64,000 bases of DNA from Octopus vulgaris (taxonomy: Eukaryota): assembly GCA_951406725.2 (NCBI GenBank), contig OX597815.1, positions 85,188,001 through 85,252,000 on the forward strand. Reading direction: 5' to 3'. Below are positions 13,688 through 26,014 of this stretch, piece by piece; the stretch's first letter is position 1; the number at the start of each line of letters is the position of its first letter. The translations under genes were made by a program, and so were the position numbers. The notes beneath the pieces were generated by a model. The model had not been told where the DNA came from. It did not search any database and was given only the letters and a program-made list of their open reading frames with translations.

Positions 13688-13996
13688 AGAGGGTCTCAAC
13701 CACTTTTCATCTATGGACCCCCTTTGATTACTATTTTATTCTGGTAGATTCAATGTTCAAAAACTAGTTTTATAGAAACTTCTTCCAAAATACTTTTTTT
13801 TTTCATACTAACTTGTGTGAGTTGAACTAAAAAAAATACCAGAGAAAGAAACCTGCTTCATGCAATACATACTAATACACACATCTAAGCAAATTTCTTT
13901 CAGGGGGCCCTTAAATTACTTTTGTGGATCCTCAATTTACTATTTTGTTGCATGAGCCCCACAAAATCTTATATAGACCCCAGTTGAGGAACACTG
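13688..13996. mobile_element. hAT(Charlie)-like MITE
   Basis: Terminal gggtctcaac / gttgaggaacactg and repeated subterminal ggacccc motifs; no ORF. Confidence 0.5.
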
Positions 13997-14004
13997 GTTT
14001 ATAC

Positions 14005-14416
14005 TACTCTTTTACTCTTTTACTTGTTTCAGTCATTTGACTGTGGCCATGCTGGAGCACCACCACCTTTAGTCGAGCAAATCGACTCCGGGACTTATTC
14101 TTTGTAAGCCCAGTACTTATTCTATCGGTCTCTTTTGCCGAACCGCTAAGTTACGGGGACTAAACACACCAGCATCGGTTGTCAAACAATGCTAGGGGGA
14201 CAAACACAGACACACAAACACACACACATATATATATATATATACATATATACGACAGGCTTCTTTCAGTTTCCGTCTACCAAATCCACTCACAAGGCAT
14301 TGGTCGGCCCGGGGCTATAGTAGAAGACACTTGCCCAAGACGCCACACAGTGGGACTGAACTCAGAACCATGTGGTTGGTAAACAAGCTACTTACCACAC
14401 AGCCACTCCTGCGCCT
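14005..14416 (-). mobile_element. Young full-length tRNA-derived SINE (family A) with internal microsatellite
   Basis: Near-identical reverse complement of 41141-41545; CpGs retained; tail (aaaagagt)n. Confidence 0.92.
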
Positions 14417-14630
14417 ATACTAATGACACTTCTTAAATTAGCAATAATATATTATAAATTATCAAATTCTCATCATCATTTTATGTCTACTTTCCAGAGG
14501 AGCTTATGTTGGCTGGGTTTGTCACAATATGAATTCGTTTCTATTCAGATTTACTATCTTCTTAGAAGGGTCAGAGGATCATGTCTCACTTGTACATTCC
14601 ATTTCTGACACTGTTTCTATGGCTGAATGT

Positions 14631-14841
14631 CCTTTCTAAACCGGCCTTATCAGCCCCAAATATTTTACATGTGTTATGTTCAAACCAGCCAGATCTGGCC
14701 TTTCACACCTACACTACAATGTATTTCTAAAAATAAACAATCACATCAAAATCTCGTAGCTATAGGATAATTTATGATTGATTGAAAACAATGTGAATAA
14801 ATAAACATTACATTTGATAGTGTAATCTGAAAGCTAAAAAG
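14631..14841. mobile_element. piggyBac-like MITE, decayed copy
   Basis: Internal sequence matches 20637-20855. Confidence 0.75.
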
Positions 14842-15586
14842 TTAAAGGTTGTACTGGATTTTATCATGGTACCAGCATTAGCTAGCAAAGCTGTCGGGTT
14901 TTTGACAAAACTAAAGAGTTCTCTCAACCTTACACTGTTTTTACTTATTCCCCAACTACTTTTATAAAGAGTACATTTTATTGTGGCATCAACTCTAATG
15001 ATGTTGCCTTGTACCTCACCAGTCTAAAGAATTCTAAGTTTGAGTCCATTTGTTCAAGAACCAAGAGGGTGAATAGAAGAGATGAACGATGAGGTGATGA
15101 ACTAAGGTGAGAGGATGAAAGAAATAAGGTTGCAATGGAGAAATGTAATTGGAATGACAGTGTTGTAGAGGAGGGAATAATGGAAGAGAGACAATAATGA
15201 GAAAGAGGCTGAAGGTGGCAGCAACAGAGAGCAAATGATGGAAGGTTGTAGAGATAATCAATGGTAAGAAAGCATGATTGTTGTTAATAAAAATGAAAGT
15301 GTGGTGATTGGGATCAACTGGATACTAATAGATTTGATATAACCCCTTGTTATGCAAGCATTATGATAGGATAAAGGGATGGGTGAAGTAGATTGTGACT
15401 GAGCAGCAATGTTATGGGTAAGAGACCTGTGTTATGTATATAATAATAATAATAATAAGGCAGGCAGTTTTTGTTTGAGAGTTCATATGCAAATAGAAAT
15501 ATGGAAAATATATATATAAAACAACTAAAAATAAAATTGAAACTTAAATATATAGCTTGTTTATATTTGACTTTATTTTTATTCAG

Positions 15587-15678
15587 ACATTGGAATTTGA
15601 CCTGAAAGGTGTTCCTCTTGCACCCAATGATGAAATAGTTGTTACAGTGAAAGATTATGAAAAGATTGGGCGCAATAA
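15587..15678 (+). CDS. MYOF: Type-I ferlin (myoferlin/dysferlin-like) internal exon, C2A domain: TLEFDLKGVPLAPNDEIVVTVKDYEKIGRN(K)
   Basis: Acceptor tttattcag| and donor |gtaagt; 92 bp, phase 0 to 2. Peptide resembles myoferlin C2A (LEFDLRGIPL...VKDFETIGQNK). The symbol names the closest recognised family; vertebrate MYOF/DYSF are probably co-orthologs. Confidence 0.93.
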
Positions 15679-16684
15679 GTAAGTACTTTTTAAACTCTGT
15701 TTTTATTCAATTTCACTTTTAACCAAGCCATTTAACTATGATACAGAAAGTATTTTTTATAAAGGAAATTATTAGAATCGAGATTTTTCAATTATTTGAC
15801 CTTCAAAAGGATTTTGAAATATTGTAATTCTTTTAAAATTTGAACAAAATTCTTTCATTTTGTTTAAGTGAAATTTAGCTGCTTGCTTACTGTAATATAA
15901 ATTTTAAAACTTTCCAGGATTACTTAACTGAGTAGAAATTCTCAATATGTAAACTCTTCAATGTAGTTCATCTCAACATTGATGAGGTTATTGCATTTAG
16001 CTTTCTTTCTAGTGCTAGAATAAACTACAGTGGTAAAGTTTCCACTATAATTCAATATTACAATCATTCTTGCTTCAGATCAATTAAAATTAGTTTCAGG
16101 AGGATTTGATCTCAATTTATGCAAATGAGTTACACTTAAATTTGATTGGTGACATACATACTACAGTACATCCTTATTCTCTTGGATCTTTGTCTTGACT
16201 AGAAATTTATTGTATCCAAGAAATAATTTTTTCTTGGTGAGTGGAGTTTATATGAAATCAAAATAGAGCTGAAAGTTGACATACTGATCCTAAATCTGCT
16301 AAATACTTCTTATTCATAATTTGAAGACTTTTTTTTACTAATAGCTGCTTTGAGGTGCATTAAGCCAATTGAATAGATCTGGTTGTTGTTTATCTCCAAA
16401 TCAACCCTCATCATGCAATGTTGTTCCAGCTCTAACCATCCAGAATTTTCAGGAGTATCTAGTTTTATATTTGTGTTTGTATCCTTCTCTTTTTAAAAAT
16501 GGCATAGTGTGATCTGAGGGCAATCTAGCTACTATTTTCAAGAAGCACAAGCAATTACATTAGGCTTCTTCATGGCCTTCAATAGATCTAGTGTCCTTAA
16601 TAGAACAATAGATTTGTTGTAGGCTAACAACCCAGATAACAAAATTGCTATCTTGCAGGTAGGTATCCCAGAGAAATGTGAAAA

Positions 16685-17023
16685 GTAAAGACCCCCTTCA
16701 GTCAAGAATGACCATGGGATTGCACCGTGAAAGTTCCCCTCTGAGGCACAAGTTGGGGCAAGGTTATTTATGGAAGACCAGCAGTCACCTATGCATATCA
16801 GCCTTCCCACTTCACACCACCGAAGCTATCCAAGAGAAGGGCAAAGGCTGATACAGCTTGGCACCAGTGATGTCATAACTCATTTCTACAGATGAGTGAA
16901 CTGAAGCAACATGAAATAAAGTGTCTTGCTCAAGAACACAACGCATAGCCTGGTCTGGGAAACGAACTCACTACCTCATGATTGTGAGCTTGACATTCTA
17001 ACCACTGAGCCATGCACCTTCAC
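16685..17023 (-). mobile_element. tRNA-derived SINE (family C)
   Basis: Minus head tggctcagtggttaga..gagttcg; core gttcttgagcaagacac; flanking gagaaatgt direct repeat; matches 49111-49428 and 59054-59389. Confidence 0.88.
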
Positions 17024-17086
17024 ATGGAGAAATGTACATCAATTAAAATGGTAGTACAATACATGTAGTTAGACATTGTGAAGATA

Positions 17087-17358
17087 GGGGGGTTCAGAAA
17101 GGGGTCTCAGGGAGTAAAAGCCTTGGTCTCAGGACCACTCATGTCTAGAAACTGAGGTTGGGGGTAAGCTAGGGTATGCTCCCTGTAGAAAATCCAGCTC
17201 CAAAAAAGCCTCATGATAGCAAAGGAGAATGGGCACCATCCAGCCCAAAAGTTGGGGTGGGTTGCACCTGCTTACCTCAGTTGCTATAGCATTGAGGTAG
17301 ATCCGGCCACCCCCGTTAACAGAGATAAAACCCAGATTTAAAACACTAGATGATGATG
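17087..17358 (+). mobile_element. Short non-autonomous element sharing its 3' end with the RTE LINE at 50568-51463
   Basis: 17283-17358 gctatagcattgaggtagatccggccacccccgttaac..gatttaaaacactagatgatgat matches 51382-51460. Confidence 0.7.
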
Positions 17359-17519
17359 TGATACATTCCTATTAACCTATACTGAATATATCTCATAAAA
17401 TTTATAGAAAATCCTATTTGTCTGAAAATCCTAGCTATTTTGACTCTAGAATAAAATCTGGAAAACTATTGATGGTCTCTGTTGGCCACAATTGGTCCAG
17501 AATATTTAGTGCGCATAAA

Positions 17520-17915
17520 TCAAAGTCGATGACTGGCATCCATGCAAAGAGCACCATCCGAGCATGATCGTTGCCAGAGCGGCTAACTGGCTTCTGTGCT
17601 AGTGGCATATAAAAGGCACCATTCGAGTGTGATCGTTACCAGTGTCACCTTACTGGCACCTGTGCCGTTAGCATGTGTAAAAGATTTGAGCGAGGTCGTT
17701 ACCAGTACCACCTGACTGGCCCCCATGCCAGTGGCACGTAAAAGCACCCACTACACTCTCAGAGTGGTTGGCGTTAGGAAGGGCATCCAGCTGTAGAAAC
17801 ACTGCCAGATCAAGATTGGAGCCTGGTGCAGCCATCTGGTTCACCAGCCCTCAGTCAAAATCGTCCAGCCCATGCTAGCATGGAAAGCGGACGTTAAATG
17901 ATGATAATGATGATG
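17520..17915 (+). mobile_element. RTE LINE 3' UTR fragment with tandem subrepeats
   Basis: ggcacgtaaaagcacccactacactctc..gggcatccagctgtagaaac..gacgttaaatgatgat. Confidence 0.85.
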
Positions 17916-18861
17916 TTTGCAGTGTAGAGTAAAGAATTTAACAGATTCTCAACTCTTCCTTGCTGGAATTTTGTTGACCTCGGATAGAGCTGCATTCACA
18001 GCCAGCAGAAGCAGAACTTACTACTGTAAAAACATTTAGTCTAAAGTTCTCTTTTATTTTCATTGTTTTTCCTGAAGTTATATTTACACACACAAGTATT
18101 GGTGCTTTTTATAAATCTCCAAAATGATTTATTAAATTCCAATTCATCCAACATCCCTGTTGAATTTTTCTCTCATTCATTAACCAACCAGTTAACTTGT
18201 TTTGCTATCTATTTTTTAACTGTTGAAATATTTTTTTAGTATTGAAGCTATTTCTGAAACTGGAATATTTAGTTTGGTTATTTTCATCTTACCATTGAAA
18301 GAAATGAATTATATTTTGGTGGTGGAATTATAAATGTTGTCAAAGGTTAGGTAATAACTTAAAAGAATGGAAATAATATAAATGGCTTGATGTTAGTTCT
18401 AAACATGTCAATCTTAGTTCTTTGTTCACTTGTCAAATATTTTTCTTTTATCATTTCCTTTAAGTCTAAGACTTGTCAAATCTTGCTCATTATCTTCAGC
18501 TAGTTGCTTAGCCCCAACTAAATCGTGATCAAGCAAACCTATAATCAAAGGCATTCCAGCCACGACATTTCCAATTTTTTAGGCATATTGTAGCTTTGAC
18601 AGCAGTAACCAGTATATTCTTTGCAAGATAGTAAGGTGATTGGCTGCTGTTTCTAGCAAGTTTAAGTGACCACATAGAGGCTGCCACATTGGATCATCAG
18701 TTATTTTGATGTCTGTATACGATGTTAAAAATGTAGAGAAGTTGAGTGACTTAAGTTTTATCATCCAGATCAAATGTTCTGGGAAGCTTTGACATCAGAG
18801 AAATGTTTAGTAGATTGATTATGTAAATAATGAGATTATATTAAATAAGAGTAATGGATTT

Positions 18862-19204
18862 GACCAGTGCCAGCTGATTGGTCCTGTGCCAGAGGCACGT
18901 AAAAAGCATCATTCGAGCGTAGTCATTGCCAGTGTCACCTGACTGACTCCCGTGCCGGTGGCACGTAAAAAGCACCATTTAAGTGTGGTTGATGCCAGTA
19001 CCACTTGACTAGCCCTTGTGCTGGTGGCATGTAAAAAGCACCCACTACACTCTCAGAGTGGTTGGTGTTAGGAAGGGCATCCAGCTGTAGAAACTTTGCC
19101 AGATCAGATTGGAGCCTGGTCCAGCCTTCTGGCTTGCCAGCCCTCGGTCAAACTGTCCAACCCATGCCAGCATGGAAGGTGGACGTTAAACGACAATGAT
19201 GATG
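18862..19204 (+). mobile_element. RTE LINE 3' UTR fragment with tandem subrepeats
   Basis: Same terminal ~170 bp as 17520-17915, with three subrepeat units. Confidence 0.85.
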
Positions 19205-20636
19205 TGATTATTATTGGTGCCATGCTAAAATATACCCAATACACTGTGTGAAGCGGTTGGCAACAGGAAAGTCATCTAGCTGTAGAAACTATGGCAAAAA
19301 TGAAACCTATAAGCAAAACATGATTCTCTGACTTGTCTTGGAGGGCATTAATTTAAATAAGAGCTTGCTCAAACTTGGATGATGTCAAGTCTTATATATT
19401 TTTACTTCATGCCAGTATAGACACAGCAATGTTTACTGCTAATGTTTAGGCTGTTTCTCATTCAGTATCTTTGTGATATAGATAATAAGTTATCACACCA
19501 ATATAAATATTTCTGACAAATTGAAATTCAAAATAAGAAAAAAGTTTTAAAGATTTGGCATGTTGATGGCACATTGATGGATTTTGAATGCCATAAATGC
19601 AAATGCATAGTAACAGAATAAAAAGTTTGTCATAGTCAAGAGGCTAATGAATATGTAAATTATTCACTCATTAAGAGGGTGTATATGGAATTGTTAGAAG
19701 GGTCATAGGAAGGAAGTGAGGAGTGTTTGTCTTCTGAACAAAAAGATAAGCTTTCTGTTAAGGTTTATTAACTGACTAAACTACTTTCAGAAGAAAATCC
19801 TCTGTATTAAATCTGAAAGTCTTTGTTTATTATTTTTTCTCTGCTTCATCAAAATTTAATGGCTGAACCAACGAAGAAGCCCTTGTGTTATCCCTCAACC
19901 TGCTAAAAATAGTGATCAAGTGTCCCTAAATTCAGATTTTACTACTTGAAAATAAATAAAAGAGAAAATATTGCTAATTATAGTCTTGGTTAAACTCTAA
20001 GACACTGAAAGATCATAACTGGAATGTCTTTGATCGTTGGTCTTCTCCAGCAGGTCTGTCTGGGGGATAAACAACAGTACTATAATGCACAACCCTTCAG
20101 AGAAAACATCAGCTTCTAACTCTAATCTCTATATAAACATCTCAAACTTTATCTCATCCCAATGAACTCAAGATTTGAGAGAGCTTTCGCAAGCTATCAA
20201 ACTGTGGAGATAGTAAGTAATCTAGTAGTTATTAAAACTTTCAAGCTTAATTCAATATAGATTACAACATTAAAATCTGCAGCTGTAGTGCCTCTCACAG
20301 TTTTCCTATTGCTTTAGAGTAACTACTCCCTAGTTTTGATCATCTAAACTTGCTGTACTTGCCTAAATATTGTCATCTCTGGAACACTATTGAGTTTTGT
20401 ATCAATGAATACATGCTGTCTTTTGGTACTCAAATTTATTTTTGTTAGTTTTTAAAAAGCTTCTCTCCAACCCCCCCTCCAACACCTTACTATGAGTTGT
20501 GTTTCATAGTAACTGCAACTATCTACCTGTCCCAATTTCCTCACTCTGATTCTTGGAAGTTTGGAACCTAAACTTGAAATCTTTAAAATATTAATATTGA
20601 TGTAGTTTGTAGAAATTATATGAATGATCACATTAA

Positions 20637-20855
20637 CCCTTTAACATTTGAACTGGCCATATCCGGCCCAAATATTCTACTTGTTTTATGTTCAAACCAG
20701 CCGGGTCTGGATTCTCACACCTACCTTACAATGTCATTCTAAAAATATACAATCACATCATCAAAATTTCAAAACTTGAGATAATGCATGATTAATTCAA
20801 AACAATGTGAATAAATAAGCATTACATTTGACAGACTAATCTGAATGCTAAAGGG
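20637..20855. mobile_element. piggyBac-like MITE
   Basis: TTAA|ccctttaacatt ... aatgctaaaggg|TTAA; four copies in the window. Confidence 0.88.
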
Positions 20856-21580
20856 TTAAGTAAGCTTATTTCTTTGTTTATAAACTAATGCACTTTTTTT
20901 ATTTTTTCAAATCTTGTAGTTAACTACTTTTTGCCTTTCACACCTCAAGCATTTAATCAATTCTATGCAATTACATTCAGCTAAGCAACTAATGTGTTGA
21001 TAGTTCTTAATTAGTATCCACTTAGTTTAGCAACACTGTTTATGTTAGCTCAGTATACTTTATAATTAAATTTACTTCTATGATTCTAGTTCTCCCTTAC
21101 AATTACAATATTGATTTTTGACTTTGATGCAATGCTTTATAAGAGAAGGAAGGAGTACGCCAAATCTTAACTACTTGTATCTTTCCTGGAAGTAGGGGTT
21201 TAGCTCTGTTGAGCCAGAAGACAAAACTGGCCTTCAACTGGCAAAGAGCCACTATGGCACTAAACTACACTACCAATAGTTGTATTCCTTTTTCTCTGAG
21301 TGGCTCATTCAAAGGTTTAATTCTAACACTGTCAATATTTATTTCTTTAAACAAATTTTTCAGTTGTCACCCATTAGATGAACTGAATCAGCAAACTGTT
21401 AACACTTAATTATTCAGTCACCTGAAATATTAAAGTTTCTTTGTATCAGTAACTGTATACATAGCAAGAGGCCCCAATCACTATATCAATTTATCTTTTC
21501 TAAGTCACCCTTCCTAATATTAAAAAATTCTGTTGGCTGGAATGTTTGTTTGTTTTTGTTTTTTTCTTAACTAATATACA

Positions 21581-21977
21581 TCTTTATATATAAAAGTGAA
21601 GTTGTGTGTCTGTCTCCTATGATTTAGATTCCTAACTACTCCCACATTTTGTGGTGCAGTGTAACCAAAAGCGGGTATCTTATAGTCGTGATTCATATTG
21701 AGCCCTTCTGGGTATTAGCACGCGTCTACGATGAGTCTATGATTTTAAAAAAAATTTACCATCATTTTTTCCCCATTTTTAATGCATTTTTTTTGCTATT
21801 ATATAAGGGAAGTAACTCTCTAAAAATGTATTATTAAATCTCAGAACGTAAAAAGCTACAGTAACACCCCTCTTTGTGGTTAGCCATATTGAGATGGCTA
21901 TTATACTTTACATCTCTAAAAATGCTTATATAGTTATTTGCCTTACAAACCCGAGCAACGCCGGGCGATACTGCTAG
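21581..21977 (+). mobile_element. Non-autonomous Helitron
   Basis: 5' A|TCtttatatataaaag; 3' hairpin cccg..cggg followed by CTAG|T; no TSD. Confidence 0.85.
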
Positions 21978-22990
21978 TTAATTATAAACTTTAAATAGCT
22001 AACATTTAGCTGAACAGTAATGCTTTTAAATCACGTAGCCATTTACTTTAGTGTGTGTGTGTGTGTGTGTGTACATATGCATGTGTATCATTCATGAGAC
22101 TTCACATGCTTTTTGCTAACCTAGTTATTTTATAACCAGCCTCCTACAGACTCCATATGCTATGTCTTTGAATAAACACAACCTCAAGTGCAGAGTAATG
22201 AATTACTGTCATTATAGTTCCTTGTTAGTAACATGATAACTGTTCAAAAATTTGCTGTTATATACAAAAATGCAAGTTGACATGTATGTAAACTTAGACG
22301 CATTGCATATAAACAATTTTTGTTTATTTCAATACCACATTGTATTTATGGCAGATACTGAACTTACAACTCTGCCCTTGATATGGTACTGCTCTATTTA
22401 ATATAAGAATAGATCCAGCTCCTACTTTCATTCTGTATGAGTGGCTAGCATATATAAAAATCCATCAGTATGTAAGAGTTCTTCCAGAACATGTACTTCC
22501 AAATCAGCAACTTCTATAGTTTGAAACTGGGATTGTAAAAAATGCAAAAAAAAATATAGTAACACAAATTATGAAGGTTTTTTTTAACTGGTTTTCTATA
22601 ATGTTTGATTAAAATTTTACTAATAGATAACATTAATTAAGTGTTAAGTGTGAAAATAAACCTACAAAGCTTTCTTTATTAGAAAACCCCCCACTCCTCC
22701 TACAAATGTATCTTGAACCAAACTTCCTTTACATCTACAAATGTCAGTTTTGTCTGTATGGCAAAATTGATGAAACTCAGTTTTATACCCTGTTTAACAA
22801 TTTCAATAACTACAAGAAACTAAAACTGCTTTCAACCTGAAGGCATGGAATTTGTTCACCATTCTTACTAAAATATTCTAAAATACTATTAGACATTTTC
22901 ACATGTTATATTCATTTTAATTGATGATTATGCCTTCTATGAAAATAACTAAACTGTCATCTGGCTAACAAGTTTCATGGTAATCTTTTA

Positions 22991-23186
22991 CCCTTTAGCA
23001 TTCAGATTATTCTGTCAGTTATAATGCTTATTTATTTACATTGTTTTGAATGAATCCTGCATTATCTTGTAATTTCAATGATATATTATTTTTCCTATGA
23101 CATTGTAAGGTAGGTGTGAGAGGCTAGATCTAGCATAAACTAGGTAGAATATTTGGACCTATTACGGCTGGTTTAAATGCTAAAGG
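22991..23186. mobile_element. piggyBac-like MITE, opposite orientation
   Basis: ccctttagcattc ... aatgctaaagg; reverse complement of 20637-20855. Confidence 0.78.
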
Positions 23187-23403
23187 ACAGTTCTTTTGTT
23201 TTTGTTTTTTTTTTGTTCCTTGGCTAAATATCAATAAACACACTTGTTCTATATGTTTAGTTCATGTTAACAATAAAATTATTAACTTACACTTATTTAA
23301 GTGTCAATACAAACAGCTGTTGTAAAGAAATGATCTTGTTTATTGTAGGGATTGCAATAATCTCCATTGAATATATGGTCTGAGTTATGAAACCATACTT
23401 TAG

Positions 23404-25255
23404 TCGTCATCATCATCATCATCATTGTTTAACGTCTACTTTCCATGCTAGCATGGGTTGGATGATTTGACTGAGGACTGGCGAACCAGATGGCTACACC
23501 AGGCTCCAATCTGATCTGGCAAAGTTTCTACAGCTGGATACCCTTCCTAACACCAACCACTCCGAGAGGTAGTGGGTGCTTTTACGTGCCACTGGCACGA
23601 GGGCCAGTCAGGCAGTACTGGCAATGGCCATGCTCAAATGGTGTTTTTTACGTGCCACCTGCACTGGCACCGACCTTGCTTGAATGTTTTTTTTCACATG
23701 TCACCGGCACAAGTGCCAGTAAGGTGACACTGGTAATGATCACGCATGAATGGTGCTTTTTATGTGCCACCAGCACGGAAGCCAGTTAGCTGCTCTTTCA
23801 ATGATAACATTCAGATGGTGCTCTTAGTGCTCCACTAGCACAGATGCCAGTCATCGAATTTAATTTCAATTTCAATTTGACTTGCCTCAACAGGTCTTCG
23901 CAAGCAGTTTAATGTCCAATGAAGGAAAGGTACACATAAGTGAGCTGGTTACACCCCTGGTATAGGCCATGAGGTTATGGTCTCACTTGGCTTGCCGGGT
24001 CATCTCAAGCACAGCATATTTCCAAAGGTGGTCACTAGTCATTGCCTCGGTGAGGCTTAATGTTTGAAGGTCATGCTTCACCATCTCATCCTAGGTTTTT
24101 CTGGGTCTATCTCTTCCACAGGTTCCCTCAACTACTAGGGTGTGGTACTTTTTCACACAGCTATCTTCATTCATTCTCACCACATGACCATAGCAGCACA
24201 GTCGTCTCTCTTGCACACCACATCTGATGCTTCTTAGGTCCAACTTTTCTCTCAAAGTACTTACACTCTGTTGAGTATGCAAACTGACATTACTCATCCA
24301 TCGGAGCAAACTGGCTTCATTCCTTGCCAGCTTACGCATGTCCTCAGCAGTCACAGCCCATTTTTCACTGCCATGTAGCATGGCTGTTCGTACACATGCA
24401 TCATACAGTCTACCTTTTACTCTGAGCGAGAGGCCCTTTGTCACCAGCAGAGGTAAGAGCTCGCTGAACTTTGCCCAGGCTATTCTTATTCTAGCAGCTA
24501 GATGAATTGTAAAAAATGCAAAACACCCTCCCCTGCTATTGACTTGGTCACCTAGATAATGGAAGCTATCAACTACTTTTAGTTTTTCTCCCTGGAATGT
24601 GGCGGAAGTTGTTCTCTGCACATTTTCAGTGTTTATTGCTCCTGAGCATCTGCCACATACAAAAACTATCTTCCCAGTTAGCCTTCCTTTGATATTACTA
24701 CACCTCTTATGTGTCCATAGCTTACACTGGGTACATCTTATAGAGTTTCTATCTACTCCTTTTCTACAGATCGAGCAGGGCCATCTACCTGAAGGGATTT
24801 GTGGTTTGCCTGCCTTCCTACTTATTAGGACTTTGGTTTTAGCTAGGTTGACTTTAAGGCCCTTCAATTCTAATCCTTGTTTCCACACATGAAACTTCTC
24901 TAGTTCTGATAGTGACTCAGTAATTTGAGCAAGGTCGTCAGCATAGAGGAGCTCACAAGGGCATCCTGTCTTGAATTCCTCTGTTTTTGCCTGGAGGACT
25001 ATGATAAATAGGAGGGGGCTGAGGACTGAACCTTGGTGGACCCCTACCTCTACTCGGAATTCTTCACTGTACTCGTTGCCAACCCTCACCTTACTGACAG
25101 CGTCCCTGTACATGGCTTGCACAGCTCTTGCTAACCATTCATCTATCCCTAGTTTCTTCATTGACCACCAGATAAGGAATTGGGGGACCCTGTCAAAGGC
25201 TTTCTCCATGTCGACGAAAGCCAGGTACCGAGGTTTATCTTTGGCCAGGTATTTC
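23404..25255 (-). mobile_element. 5'-truncated RTE-clade LINE (C-terminal half of RT, internal PHD-like zinc finger, 3' UTR with tandem subrepeats, (GAT)n tail)
   Basis: ORF 24091-25209 has FVDMEKAFD, GVHQGSVLSPLLF, LLYADD, YLG, RLYDACVR..MLHGSE.W; 8-bp TSD tactttag at 23396-23403 and 25256-25263. Confidence 0.96.
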
Positions 25256-25802
25256 TACTTTAGCAGCTTTAGATATTTATTCTTGAAATTAAGCTAACAT
25301 TACAAAGTTATCATCTGCTAGTGGAAAAGGCGGAATTACTTCAGAGCAAGACTTTAGCTCAATTGTCTTAAGGTGTTGCTTACAATATGAAAACCAGTTG
25401 CACACTGGGGTTGACCTAATCAACTGGCCCTCACCCCAAAGATTTTGGGCTTGTGCCTTGAGCAGAAAAGAATGAGAACAATTAAAATTTTTTGTTAGCT
25501 AAAGCTTCCCACAAGCTTTCTTTACGCAATTTAAATCTATAAAATTTGCTAGACAAGTAATAGATATTAAGGTGTGTCACTGTTGTTTATTTTTAAAATC
25601 CATTGTGTCAACTGTTCTAAATAGAAATACAAAATAATCAATGATTTTGGTGCTTGAACCTATTGATGTAAAAGTAAGTTTAGTACACTGTGAAAAAGAG
25701 GTTTCTCTTAAAGTTAGTTACTATTTAAATACAATGTTATGTTTATGCACCATTTTAAAGACTTCTAAATTAAGGAATGTTATTTTGACATGATAATGAC
25801 AT

Positions 25803-26014
25803 ATTGGTTTCAAATTTTGGCACAAGGCCAGCAATTTTGGGGAGAAAGGGACAAGCTGATTACATTGATCCCAGTGTTAGCTGGTACTTATTTTATTAAC
25901 CTCAAAAGGAAGAAAGGCAAACTTGACTCCAGCAGCATTTGATCTCAGAATGTTAAGACAGGAAATGCTGCTAAACATTTTGTCTGGTATGCTAACTATT
26001 CTGCCAGCTTGCCA
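25803..26014 (-). mobile_element. tRNA-derived SINE (family B)
   Basis: ggcacaaggcc..gctggtactta..ctgccagcttgcc; matches 36917-37127. Confidence 0.75.

Noticed and set aside
1-15586. Ferlin exons 1-2 (start of C2A, ending ...NPxWNE)
   Set aside because: No matching segment found by eye; probably upstream of the window, though a short exon could have been missed.
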